A DNA stretch of 64,000 bases from assembly GCA_022791875.1 (NCBI GenBank), contig JAAVZX010000042.1, positions 42,911 through 106,910 on the forward strand, written 5' to 3'. Every line of letters begins with the position of its first letter. Position 1 is the first letter of the stretch. The notes under the pieces were generated by a model that worked only from the letters and a program-made list of their open reading frames with translations, searched no databases and had not been told where the DNA came from. Origin of the DNA: Oscillibacter sp. Lineage in GTDB: Bacteria > Bacillota > Clostridia > Oscillospirales > Oscillospiraceae. Positions 1-9,225 of this stretch are shown here, piece by piece. A program made the position numbers and the translations under genes.

Positions 1-2
1 TT

Positions 3-1166
3 GATGCCTGTTCCCAGGAAATTGGCTGTCGGCCGGAGGTTTTTGCCTCTGTATTCCGTGGGTTGGGCGAGCATATCTGCCTACAAGAGGAACTTGGAGA
101 ACAGGTGCTGCTGCCTCGACTGCGAAAGACCTATCATGTGGGAGAGGATTTCCTGGACATGGCGGACGGCCTGCGCGCGATTGATGAGGCCATCCGTTTC
201 TTGGGATTGGATTGTGGGGACCGCCTGGGTCATGCGCTAGCCCTATGCTTAGATCCATATGAGTGGTATCAGGTGAAAAATATGCAGATTTCCCTGCCAG
301 TGCAGGATTATATTGATAATGTTGCTTGGCTGTACCATGCCATTCAAAGATACCATATCCCTCAGCAGGATCAGGCTGTTCATTTTTTGGAAAAAGAATT
401 TGGGTATTACTTTAATCGCGTTTATATCAGCAATATGGAGGAAAAAGAGCTGGATTATATTATGAACGCTGCGGAGGGTTTCTACAAAAACGATTATGAA
501 GCTAAGCAATACCATAGGCACAGGTGTGATTTTTCCATCGATTTATACTGCCGCGCTTGGATGCTGCGGGGAGATGATCCGGCCTTATATCGGGAAGGGT
601 ATTTTAAACCGATTCAGATTCCAGTTGACAGTTGGGAACGGCATCGACTGAATGAAGTCTGTCCCCAAGATGCGGGTATACGATATATTCCGGAATGCAG
701 TCTGCTTTATTATTTTTATCATTATAGTGAAGCAGTAAAATACGCGGGCACGGAAATTGTGAACATTACGGTAAACCAGGATTATATAGCAGCCGTGAAA
801 GCGGCACAGCACAGGATGCAGTTTGATATTGCCCGACATGGCTTAGCAGTTGAGAGCAATCCCACATCAAATGCCAAAATCAGTACGTTCCGGGAATACA
901 GTAAGCACCCAATAATTGCTTTATATAATCGGGGACTAGTACATTCCACGGAAGAACTCCGCAGATGCGCCCAGGTCAATGTATCCATCAATACGGATGA
1001 CAGTGGCGTGTTTTTTACTTCGCTGGAAAGCGAATATGCGGTTATGGCTCGAGCCCTGGAGGAAGTGGTGGACGCGAACGGAGAACCGCAGTTCTGCAAA
1101 TGGGAGATTTATGAGTGGCTGGATCAAATTCGCAGAATGGGAAATGAGCAGGGCTTTGTGCGGTGA
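3..1166 (+). CDS. Adenosine deaminase-like protein, RADAR RdrB-like (5'-partial)
   Basis: Frame open from nt 3 (DACSQEIGCRPEVFASVFR); motifs TYHVGEDF, DGLRAIDEAI, RLGHALAL, ESNPTSN, SINTDD. Confidence 0.7.
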   Translation, partial: DACSQEIGCRPEVFASVFRGLGEHICLQEELGEQVLLPRLRKTYHVGEDFLDMADGLRAIDEAIRFLGLDCGDRLGHALALCLDPYEWYQVKNMQISLPVQDYIDNVAWLYHAIQRYHIPQQDQAVHFLEKEFGYYFNRVYISNMEEKELDYIMNAAEGFYKNDYEAKQYHRHRCDFSIDLYCRAWMLRGDDPALYREGYFKPIQIPVDSWERHRLNEVCPQDAGIRYIPECSLLYYFYHYSEAVKYAGTEIVNITVNQDYIAAVKAAQHRMQFDIARHGLAVESNPTSNAKISTFREYSKHPIIALYNRGLVHSTEELRRCAQVNVSINTDDSGVFFTSLESEYAVMARALEEVVDANGEPQFCKWEIYEWLDQIRRMGNEQGFVR

Positions 1167-1562
1167 GTCCTTCTTGAAAAAACGGATAAAAAGAATACAG
1201 AAAAATCGAAAGAAAACGCGGCGAAGATAAACTCAAGCAACAGAATGGAAGGACGTCTAAAAACGGCAGGGGGAACCTGGCCAAGAGCAAGGTGTGGGAG
1301 CATAATATTGTAAAAGGCTCCAAGGACCAACCTTGCAGGACATGCTCTAGTGGATACATGTGGTCTTTAGGCATTGACGGTAAGCAGCAGCGGCGTACTA
1401 CCCGCCTTGGCCACTGTAGAAAATCAGGCTTTTCTGTGACTGCTCCCGTTGGAGCACCATATCTAGGGCCTACTACGCAACCTGCATAAAACAGGAAATA
1501 CCGCATAAAAGAAAAGCCCAGCGAAAAAGGCAGAGGAAAAGCACACGGAAAAGGGAGCGTAG

Positions 1563-2490
1563 CTACTTCATCAGGTTCACGAGCAGCAGGTCCACGCCGA
1601 TGACGTATCGGGTGGTATCCTCCAGGCGCACTGAAACACGATCCAGACCGTAAGCGGTCTTGCCGGTGTCGAAGACACCCGGCACCACGTTTCGGTCGCA
1701 GATGTCCTGATATTCCTGCTTTTTGAGCTGGCGGGACAGATCCTGAGCCTTAGGCGATTTGCCCAGAGACGGGCCGGATAGACGGATTCCATGTTCCTTG
1801 CAGAAGGTCAATGTTTGCCGGTTCCGGTAAACATTGTCCACCTGAATGCGCTCCGGCCAGCGGCCATGGCGGTCACGATAGCGGAAAACGGCATTCCAGA
1901 AATCCTCCAATTCATTGTACATCTCGAAATCCAGCCGTTCGATCTGGGCGTACCCGTCTACTAGACTGATGTACAACTTCTCACTGAGCTCGGTGTTGGA
2001 GTGAGGTTTCCTCCCGATGATGGGGCGTAGCCAGACTGACAATCCGATGAGGAATGCTGTGGGTCCCACTCTCGAACATGATGTGCTGCTATTCGTAAAC
2101 TGTGGTCACTAGAGTTATGCGGTTTTTCTGCTTTTCAGTCAGTTTAACACCATTTTGCGCAAATTGAACAATATATCCCACGCACCGGCGGTATATCCTC
2201 GGCTTCTTCTCCCCGGTGCTTTCACAGTTCTCGTTCACCATCTGCCCCAGCTTTTCCCGTGCCTGGTTGAGCAGATTCACATCCTGGGGATAGGCAGTAT
2301 CCGCAGGACAGCAGGTAGCATCCAACATCAGCATGCCCCTGTTTGGTGGGCCGTCGTTCCCTTTATCGTTCCCACTTTTTTCGGCTGGAGGGATGGATGC
2401 TTCCAGAATCGCCATCATATCCTCCTCGCAGAACTGCTTTCAGAATGCCACCAGCATGGATATCCCAAAGGGTCATAGCCCGTTCTTCTT
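1563..2490 (-). pseudogene. IS5-family transposase remnant, fragmented
   Basis: GMLMLDATCCPAD..YPQDVNLLNQARE and PERIQVDNVYRNR..FCKEHGIRLSGP segments in separate ORFs with deletions. Confidence 0.8.
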
Positions 2491-2500
2491 TATCCCGGTG

Positions 2501-2692
2501 ATGCCGGAAGATTTTCAGGAAGAGCTGCGGCAGGAGCAAGCGGAGCGCCGCTTCACGATTATCGGCGTCCTGTTGGACAGCGACAGCCCTGGCATGGATT
2601 TCAGCCTGAAGACGTTCTGCCAGAATATCTACCGTACCAATGAGCTGACGGGTGAGGATATCGTCCGGGAACTGATTAGCAAGAGGGTATGA
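2501..2692 (+). pseudogene. C-terminal gene remnant truncated by the IS5 fragment, possibly of a VWA-domain protein
   Basis: PEDFQEELRQEQAERRFTIIGVLLD...FSLKTFCQNIY resembles the last strands of VWA proteins; abuts the IS. Confidence 0.35.
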
Positions 2693-2895
2693 ATGCGGAA
2701 GACGGTAGCATTGACAAGATAGATACCATAGTATATGCTGATACGAAAAAAGGGGGGATCTTTATGGAAACCGATGAACATATGACAGAGAGTTCGGACT
2801 GGGAAACCTTTCTGAACAACCTCAACAGCTTTTCCAAGGATTTGCATGCAGACGGCAGAGAGGCAGAATATCTGACAGAAAGAGATAGTCTGTGA
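2689..2895 (+). CDS. Small acidic hypothetical protein
   Basis: 68-aa ORF with ATGA overlap to the upstream remnant. Confidence 0.3.
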   Translation: MNAEDGSIDKIDTIVYADTKKGGIFMETDEHMTESSDWETFLNNLNSFSKDLHADGREAEYLTERDSL

Positions 2896-3062
2896 CCTGT
2901 ATTTCCCCTTGAAGTCAGGCCATAAATCCTGAAAATCAGATAAAATCCATAACATAGGGTCGTAAGAGCGACATGCTTTTGCGGCCTTATTCTCTTGCGC
3001 CTTAGTTGACAAAACTTCACCTATACAACACTATGCCGGGATGATAGAATGGACTTGTATTC

Positions 3063-3102
3063 TAGGGCGGAGCATTTTAGGGCGGAGTAAGTTAGGGAGG
3101 AA
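3063..3102 (+). repeat. Three 10-bp direct repeats at 15-bp period
   Basis: TAGGGCGGAG at 3063 and 3078, TAGGGAGGAA at 3093. Confidence 0.7.
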
Positions 3103-3133
3103 CGGCGAAAGAGGGGGTGGAGTATGTCCTTTG

Positions 3134-3272
3134 CACAGCTCTTAGCGGCTTTGCCGCTTAGAGCTGTGGCATACCCTTAACGGGTACAGCCGCACCGCAG
3201 CGACCTGGAAGGAATTGAAGAAGGACAAGAAGACCGTAATTGCCTTTAGGGCGGTTACGGCCTTTTTTGTCC
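3134..3272 (+). promoter_or_regulatory. Structured leader with two long hairpins upstream of the cluster's first RBS
   Basis: CACAGCTCTTAGCGGC-TTT-GCCGCTTAGAGCTGTG (3134-3168, one mismatch); G.U-rich stem 3223-3272 including a T-run, then AAAGGAG. Confidence 0.55.
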
Positions 3273-3296
3273 GAAAAATGAAAGGAGCAGCAACTT

Positions 3297-4898
3297 ATGA
3301 GTGACACCAACAACGGCAGCTGGCCCTTCGCGGAAGACGCTTCTGGAGAAGGACTGGACATCAACGCGATCTTTGGCGGCAGAGAACCCGCCAGCGACCT
3401 GAACCCCTTCGACGCTCCGGCGGAGCAGACGGAGGAAACGATTGAGCCGGCCCAGACCGAGGAACCGGCGGAGCAGCCCCTTCAGACGACTGAGGGCACG
3501 GAGGAAGAGCCTCCCACGCCCGAATCTGCGGAACAGCCTGCGCCGCCTGCGGAGGAGGCTAATCCCATTGCGGCGGCCTTTGGCAAGCAGGAGGAAAAAG
3601 CGGCCCAGAGCAAGACGAAATCTCTTTTTGAGAAAGCGCCCGTCTTTTTCTATGGCAGCGCCAGAGAGGAAATCACGGACCCGGGCCAGACCTTCGAGGA
3701 ATTGCGCATCGCCAAGTCGGACGATTTCCCTGAGCTGTCCGAGAGCAAGCGGGTTTCCTGGACGGTGGAATACGGCAAAGTGACGAAGGCCATCACGGAC
3801 CCCAAGGGCGCCACCATTCGCTCCGTAAAAGAGGAGATCGAGCGGTCCAAGGCGTTCCTGGATGGTCTGAAAAAAGCCAAGGACAAGAATCCGGACTGCC
3901 TCGTAAAGCCTCGAGTCACCGCCCAGAGCAAGGGCATCGCGTCCTACAAGGGAGTGTTCTGGACGCTGGAGGAAGCCCGTGCCTCGGAGAAACCTATCTG
4001 CCTCATTCCCGGCGGCGACGGCCGGGTGTATGAGCTGCGAAAAACGGAGCTGGGGGAGTTCGTGGCCCCCAAAGACAAGGTGATCGACTTTCAGCAGATC
4101 AGGGCCGGGTTTACCCCGGCTCTGCCGCTGATCCCCCTGGAACTGCTCCAGCAGATCATCTCCTTCTTCCGCTGCTACATGGAAAGCGGTCAGGAGTTTG
4201 AAGCCCTGGCTCATATCCTCTGGGATAAGGAGGCGGAGGCGTTTACCGTCCGCATTCCCCGGCAGGATGTTTCCAAGGCCCGGATCGACGCGGACCTGAG
4301 CCGGGATACGCTGTCGGAGGGCCGGTATCTCCACTATGCCGACATCCACAGCCACAACAGTATGGCGGCGAAATTCTCCCCTGTGGACGACCAGGACGAA
4401 CGGGCCACCCGGCTCTATATCGTGCTGGGCCGTCTGGACCGGTTTTTCCCGGATATCTCTGTCCGGATGTCCTGCGGCGGGACCTATCAGGAGCTGGACC
4501 CCGGCACCGTGATTGAAGGACTGGGCGCTGTGTTTCCCCGCGAGTGGCGTGACAACGTGCATACCAGCGCCTCGGACTTCTGGCAGATGCCCGAGAGAGA
4601 AACGGTTTCCTTTCGGGCGGCACACTCGAAGAAAGCGGCGACTGAATTTGAGGAAGAGGTCCTGCAAATGGGTGAAGGGCAGCGTTACCAGCTCCTGAGC
4701 CGTCTCCGTATGGACTGCGAGTATTACCTCGGAGAAGGAAACCGGTGCGCGAAATACCTTTGGGCCGGAACTGTGCAGAAACACATCTGCGCCATGAAGA
4801 TTCTCTGGAACAGCTTCTCTGCGAAACAAAAACCGGAATGGCTGTCCTACGCGGATATCCTGAAGTATCAGACCCGGATGGAGGCCCAGGCGGCATGA
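3297..4898 (+). CDS. Fusion: acidic/Pro-rich N-terminus, PRTRC-C-like ubiquitin-like region, JAB (JAMM) peptidase, C-terminal LPD11 domain
   Basis: JAMM motif HSH-x7-S-x2-D (HSHNSMAAKFSPVD); PVFFYG..ITDP..FPEL..TAQSKG; RYQLLSRLRMDCEYYLG..KPEWLS; RBS AAAGGAG. Confidence 0.8.
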   Translation: MSDTNNGSWPFAEDASGEGLDINAIFGGREPASDLNPFDAPAEQTEETIEPAQTEEPAEQPLQTTEGTEEEPPTPESAEQPAPPAEEANPIAAAFGKQEEKAAQSKTKSLFEKAPVFFYGSAREEITDPGQTFEELRIAKSDDFPELSESKRVSWTVEYGKVTKAITDPKGATIRSVKEEIERSKAFLDGLKKAKDKNPDCLVKPRVTAQSKGIASYKGVFWTLEEARASEKPICLIPGGDGRVYELRKTELGEFVAPKDKVIDFQQIRAGFTPALPLIPLELLQQIISFFRCYMESGQEFEALAHILWDKEAEAFTVRIPRQDVSKARIDADLSRDTLSEGRYLHYADIHSHNSMAAKFSPVDDQDERATRLYIVLGRLDRFFPDISVRMSCGGTYQELDPGTVIEGLGAVFPREWRDNVHTSASDFWQMPERETVSFRAAHSKKAATEFEEEVLQMGEGQRYQLLSRLRMDCEYYLGEGNRCAKYLWAGTVQKHICAMKILWNSFSAKQKPEWLSYADILKYQTRMEAQAA

Positions 4899-5662
4899 GA
4901 TTTTCCAAAACGCGGCCAGTGAAGATCGTCCAGCTTGGCGCGGGCGGAACCGGGGGCCATATCGCGCCCCATATGTATCGCCTTCTCTATGCCCTGGACC
5001 GCCCCGTCCGCTATATCATCTGCGACGGCGACATCGTGGAGGAAAAGAATCTGGTGCGGCAGAACTTCACGCCCGCCGAGTTGGGGGAGAACAAGGCCAA
5101 AGTGCTGGCAGAACGCTATTCTACGGTGTTTGGCATGGAAACGGAGTATGTTCCGTCCTTTGTGGAATCCGAGGAACAGCTCCGCCGGCTTCTGACGCCG
5201 CAGAAGTGGCGTGTTGGCACTTATGGGCAGGAAGTCATCAAGGAAATGGTGATCCTGCTGGGGGCGGTGGACAACAACAAATCCCGCCAGCTCTGCCACC
5301 GGATTTTCCATCAGGCCAGGGAGCTGATCTACATCGACTCCGGCAACGGGGAGTTTACCGGCCAGGTGGTGTGCGGCATCCGTCAGACAGGCAGAACAAT
5401 TTATCCACCCATCGGAACGGCCTATCCCGATGTGCTGGAGGACACAGATAAGTTCCCCACGGAGCTGAGCTGCGCCGAGGCGTCGGTTTCCGCGCCCCAG
5501 AGCATGGCGGCCAACATCACGGCGGCCATGGCGGTGGTGAGCATTGTGTACAACATCCTGGCCCTAGGCGAGAGCACCGTGCGGCAAGCGACGTTTTCCA
5601 CGAAGACTGTCAACGTGCGGCCAACGATTCAACAGCGGAAAAAGAAGAAAAAAGCCGCATAA
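4895..5662 (+). CDS. ThiF/E1-like adenylyltransferase, PRTRC type
   Basis: GAGGTG, DGDIVEEKNLVRQNF, GENKA, AVDN, LSCAE; ATGA overlap with the JAB gene. Confidence 0.9.
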   Translation: MRFSKTRPVKIVQLGAGGTGGHIAPHMYRLLYALDRPVRYIICDGDIVEEKNLVRQNFTPAELGENKAKVLAERYSTVFGMETEYVPSFVESEEQLRRLLTPQKWRVGTYGQEVIKEMVILLGAVDNNKSRQLCHRIFHQARELIYIDSGNGEFTGQVVCGIRQTGRTIYPPIGTAYPDVLEDTDKFPTELSCAEASVSAPQSMAANITAAMAVVSIVYNILALGESTVRQATFSTKTVNVRPTIQQRKKKKKAA

Positions 5663-5667
5663 AGCAG

Positions 5668-5778
5668 GTGAGAGTGAAGCTCAACGGCGAAATCGGCCCC
5701 ATCATCCTTGAAGCGGAGGGCCGGAATGATTTCGCCATGGTGCTGCCTGTAAAGCTGCACGAAACCAGAGCGGCGTAG
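5668..5778 (+). pseudogene. C-terminal remnant of a DNA polymerase III beta clamp homolog
   Basis: Manual translation VRVKLNGEIGPIILEAEGRNDFAMVLPVKLHETRAA*, matching the DnaN C-terminal pattern. Confidence 0.6.
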
Positions 5779-5793
5779 GAATGGAGGAAATTC

Positions 5794-6267
5794 ATGGATT
5801 ACCAGGAGTTTAAGAAGCTCTACTGCGAAGATCCGGTTGTGTTCCACCTTGGAATGGAACTGTTTGACGCGAAGGGCAAGGACAGCATTTTCTCCAGCAC
5901 GGATCAGATGCTTTACGCCGCCGTGCGTGAAAAGCTGTCCGCGCTGCTGTCGGAGAACCGGCTCATGGATGTGGTGAAGGCCGCGAAAGACTTTGCCAGA
6001 CTGAGCGCTGTGGAGCGGCTGGCCTATGCTGCCCGCTGCGGCGTCATTCTGGAGGACGGCCCCGTCGACGAACCCGGCATCCGCCCTCTCTGCGGCGGCG
6101 GGCTGGAGTATTTGGTGGAAGATGGAACCGGGCTTTTTATCCGGGACTGGCGCTGCAAAGAGTGCGGTGCCATCGGGAAAGAAGGCTGGCGGAAGGTCTT
6201 TGACTGCCACTACAACGTGTGGGACGGCGAGAAGCGCATGGTGAACCGCCAGAAACTGAACAAATAA
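5794..6267 (+). CDS. Hypothetical protein with degenerate Zn-ribbon
   Basis: GGAGG RBS; RPLCGG...WRCKECG. Confidence 0.7.
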   Translation: MDYQEFKKLYCEDPVVFHLGMELFDAKGKDSIFSSTDQMLYAAVREKLSALLSENRLMDVVKAAKDFARLSAVERLAYAARCGVILEDGPVDEPGIRPLCGGGLEYLVEDGTGLFIRDWRCKECGAIGKEGWRKVFDCHYNVWDGEKRMVNRQKLNK

Positions 6268-6278
6268 AGGAGACTGTT

Positions 6279-6800
6279 ATGAAAACGATTTGCATCCCCA
6301 AGGGCCGAACGGTGGCCTATGACACGCTGGAAACAGAGCATCTTGTGGTGAACGGCTGCCTGAAGGTGGCCCACGGCTTGAAGGCCCAGACCATCACTGG
6401 CAGCGGCGTAATCCTGGCCGGGACCATCTCGGCGGACGGCATCCGTGCCCGGGAGATCGAGGCGGCGGCGGTGTACTGCCTGCGCCTGAATGCGAAGCGG
6501 GTCCAGGCGGCTGAGGTGATGGCCTCGGAGAGCGCCGTGGTGTCCTGCTATCTCTGCGCCGACTATGTGGCCACGACCCGTTTGACGGTGGGCCTGTATG
6601 AGGTCGGTGAAATCGACGCCGCTGAGGTTGTCAACCTGCCGCCGGTGAAGCGCGTGCATTCCTTCTGGATGCTGCTGGCGACGCTTCTGCGGCCCTTCCA
6701 GGTGGCACTGTCCCTGCTTCGCTCTGTGTTCTGCACGGGCGAGGTCATGGACGCGGAGTACCAGCAGATGCCGGACGACTCGTCCCGCCCCGCCGCGTGA
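6279..6800 (+). CDS. Hypothetical protein with short beta-repeats (bactofilin/beta-solenoid-like)
   Basis: AAGGAG RBS; LVVNGCLKV..ITGSGVILAGTISADGIRAREIEA..VQAAEVMA periodicity. Confidence 0.65.
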   Translation: MKTICIPKGRTVAYDTLETEHLVVNGCLKVAHGLKAQTITGSGVILAGTISADGIRAREIEAAAVYCLRLNAKRVQAAEVMASESAVVSCYLCADYVATTRLTVGLYEVGEIDAAEVVNLPPVKRVHSFWMLLATLLRPFQVALSLLRSVFCTGEVMDAEYQQMPDDSSRPAA

Positions 6801-6991
6801 GCGCCATGGGGGAACGATTCATTCTGGAGCGGACGGTCACGGCGGAAAATGGCCGGACCGTGCTTCAGGAGCGGAGAATCTACGGTGTGCTGGATGCTGG
6901 CGGTACGTTCCACCTGCGCGGCTACCGGGAGAAGCGCTTTTCTATCCGGCAGGATAAAAATGCGCCCAAAAATAAGAAGATGGCGGCTTGA
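6797..6991 (+). CDS. Small hypothetical protein
   Basis: GTGA overlap with upstream stop; ends KKMAA. Confidence 0.55.
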   Translation: MSAMGERFILERTVTAENGRTVLQERRIYGVLDAGGTFHLRGYREKRFSIRQDKNAPKNKKMAA

Positions 6992-7004
6992 TCGCCTGAA
7001 TTGA

Positions 7005-7038
7005 GGCAGGGAGTTCACGGACTCCTTGCCCATTTTTT
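7005..7038 (+). terminator. Terminator-like hairpin inside the cluster
   Basis: GGCAGGGAGT-TCACGG-ACTCCTTGCC then CA-T6, directly before a GAGGAGG RBS. Confidence 0.55.
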
Positions 7039-7053
7039 AGAGGAGGAATTGCA

Positions 7054-7524
7054 ATGTCAGTAAAATCTCAGGAGAACAATATTCGGCGGCTGGCGGGTCT
7101 GCTGAGCCAGAACCTCAGCTACATTTGCGGCGAGCGGGAGTGCGGCCCCAACGGGGCGAAGAAGACCTTCCTGAACCTGGGCAAGGTGTTCCTGCGGGCG
7201 TTGGCCAAGGATCTGGGCCTGCGGGACGCGAAGGTCACGTCCAACCCCGATGGCATCGCTGTCTCCGGTGAGTGCATCCTGATCGGGATGTGGGAGAACA
7301 GCGGCGTCTGCATCGAGCTCTCCCAGTTCTGCGGCGGGAAGTATGTGCTGCTGTACCGCACGGCCCGGAACCTCCGGGACTATACTGGTGGGCACAACCG
7401 CTTCCTGACCCCGGAGGATCTGCGGAAGCTGTCCTACCCCGAGCTGCTGGAGAAGTTCGGCGCTCTGCGAAAGGAGGGCGGCATTCATGAGCGGCGCGGT
7501 GGCCAGTACGACCGGGCAGCCTGA
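7054..7524 (+). CDS. Hypothetical protein
   Basis: Strong GAGGAGG RBS, GC3-rich codon use. Confidence 0.8.
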   Translation: MSVKSQENNIRRLAGLLSQNLSYICGERECGPNGAKKTFLNLGKVFLRALAKDLGLRDAKVTSNPDGIAVSGECILIGMWENSGVCIELSQFCGGKYVLLYRTARNLRDYTGGHNRFLTPEDLRKLSYPELLEKFGALRKEGGIHERRGGQYDRAA

Positions 7525-8914
7525 GGGAACCCGCTGTTACGCGGCGGAGCAGCTCCGGGAGGCGCAGAAGCGTCTCCTGGACCTCTCCCAGTCCCTTGTG
7601 ATCTGGCGGGCCAGAGTGGAAAAGTACCGCTCTGAGAACCGTTTGGCGGCGCGGGAGGCTTTCTCAACGCTGCAAAAAGTCCGGCGGGATTTGGCGGAGG
7701 CGCTGAGCGAAACCGGCCTGCTTCTGATGGAGGCAGAGGAATACCAGACCGCCCAGACCGCCGGAAAGATCCGGGACGGCCTGCTGGGATTTGACCTCAT
7801 GAGCGGCAACTACCGCCCCGTCTATGATGTGCTCCACGCCTTCGCCGGGAAACTCCCGGTAGAGGGGACCACCAACGCGGCCATCATCGGGCGGCTGATG
7901 AACAACGTCAAAATGGGCTACTATCCCACAGACCCCGACAACATTTCGCTGATGCTGCGGGGTATCCAGTTTCCGGAAGGCGTCACCACGAATCTTTTTG
8001 ACCCCTGCTGTGGCTGCGGCAAGGCCCTGCGCCAACTGGCCCAAGGCAACAACTGCTACGCCTACGGCATGGAACTGGATGAGAGCCGAGCGGAGGAAGC
8101 ACAGACAAGGCTTCACCGTGTGGGCTTTGGCAGCTTCTTCTACAGCCGAGTCAGCCGGGAGGCGTTCCATCTGCTGTATCTGAACCCACCCTACCTATCG
8201 GTTCTCAACGAAAGCGGCGGGAAATCCCGGCATGAGAAGCGCTTCCTGATTGAATCCCTTCCAACTTTGGCCTACGGCGGACTGCTGATCTACGTTATCC
8301 CCTACTATCGCCTGACGCCGGATATCTGCCGGGTGCTGGCGGATAACTTCAACGATCTATCCGTCTGGCGCTTTACCGACGCGGAGTTCAAGCGATTCAA
8401 GCAGGTGGCGGTGTTCGGAATCCGAAAGCGACGGGATCAGGAGCCCCAGGACACCCTCTGGCTGGAACGGCACGCGGAGAATCCCGCCTCCATTCCCAGC
8501 CTGACAGAGCTGCCGGAAAACCGGTACGCCCTCCCGGGGGAGCCCTTGGAGGTGCCGGTATTCCAGGGCGAAAAATTCAACCAAAAGGAGCTAAAACAGC
8601 AGCTTCGGCGCTCTGCCAGCTTCACGGAGATGATGTCCCGGCGCAGCGAGCTGGACGACGGCACGAAACGGCCCTTGCTTCCGCTGTCCATCAGCCAGAT
8701 CGGGCTGGTGGGCGGTTCCGGCATGATCAACGGCCTGATCGAGTGCGATCATCCCCACATCATCAAGGGGCGTATCGTGAAGGTGGTCCGCACAGAATCC
8801 GAGGACCGGTTCAATTACAAAGGGGACCATATGGGCGAGGAAATCCACGAAACCATCTCAAACAAGATGATTTTCAACATTCTCACGCCCAAAGGGTTCA
8901 AGGCGCTGACATAG
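7487..8914 (+). CDS. SAM-dependent amino-(N6A/N4C) DNA methyltransferase, DUF6094-like
   Basis: MGYYPTD, LFDPCCGCG (motif I), LYLNPPY (motif IV). Confidence 0.85.
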   Translation: MSGAVASTTGQPEGTRCYAAEQLREAQKRLLDLSQSLVIWRARVEKYRSENRLAAREAFSTLQKVRRDLAEALSETGLLLMEAEEYQTAQTAGKIRDGLLGFDLMSGNYRPVYDVLHAFAGKLPVEGTTNAAIIGRLMNNVKMGYYPTDPDNISLMLRGIQFPEGVTTNLFDPCCGCGKALRQLAQGNNCYAYGMELDESRAEEAQTRLHRVGFGSFFYSRVSREAFHLLYLNPPYLSVLNESGGKSRHEKRFLIESLPTLAYGGLLIYVIPYYRLTPDICRVLADNFNDLSVWRFTDAEFKRFKQVAVFGIRKRRDQEPQDTLWLERHAENPASIPSLTELPENRYALPGEPLEVPVFQGEKFNQKELKQQLRRSASFTEMMSRRSELDDGTKRPLLPLSISQIGLVGGSGMINGLIECDHPHIIKGRIVKVVRTESEDRFNYKGDHMGEEIHETISNKMIFNILTPKGFKALT

Positions 8915-8924
8915 GAGAAAAGCT

Positions 8925-9212
8925 ATGAGTGACAAAAAAAGCCGGAAGCCTGTTGTTCCGACAGGCCGTCTGGCGGCGACCCCTGCCGTGCTGGATGCGG
9001 TGCCCAAGCCGGAGCTGCTGGCCGCGCTTCAGCGGCATATGCGCGGTGACTGGGGCATTGTCTCTGAGGCGGCTTGGAAGGCGAACGACCAAGCTCTGAA
9101 AGCTGGAGAACGCCTGCTGTCCGCTTATCAGAGCAGCAGCGGCACGAAATTCTGGATCATCACTGAGTGGGACAGATCGTACACCACGATTCTGCTGCCC
9201 TCGGAATACTGA
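8925..9212 (+). CDS. Small conserved plasmid/ICE protein
   Basis: ATPAV..LQRHMRGDWG..ERLLSAY..FWIITEWDRS.TTILLPSEY signature. Confidence 0.8.
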   Translation: MSDKKSRKPVVPTGRLAATPAVLDAVPKPELLAALQRHMRGDWGIVSEAAWKANDQALKAGERLLSAYQSSSGTKFWIITEWDRSYTTILLPSEY

Positions 9213-9225
9213 GGAAGGAGACTTT

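Noticed and set aside
1167-1560. Short ORFs after the deaminase
   Set aside because: No RBS or recognisable motif
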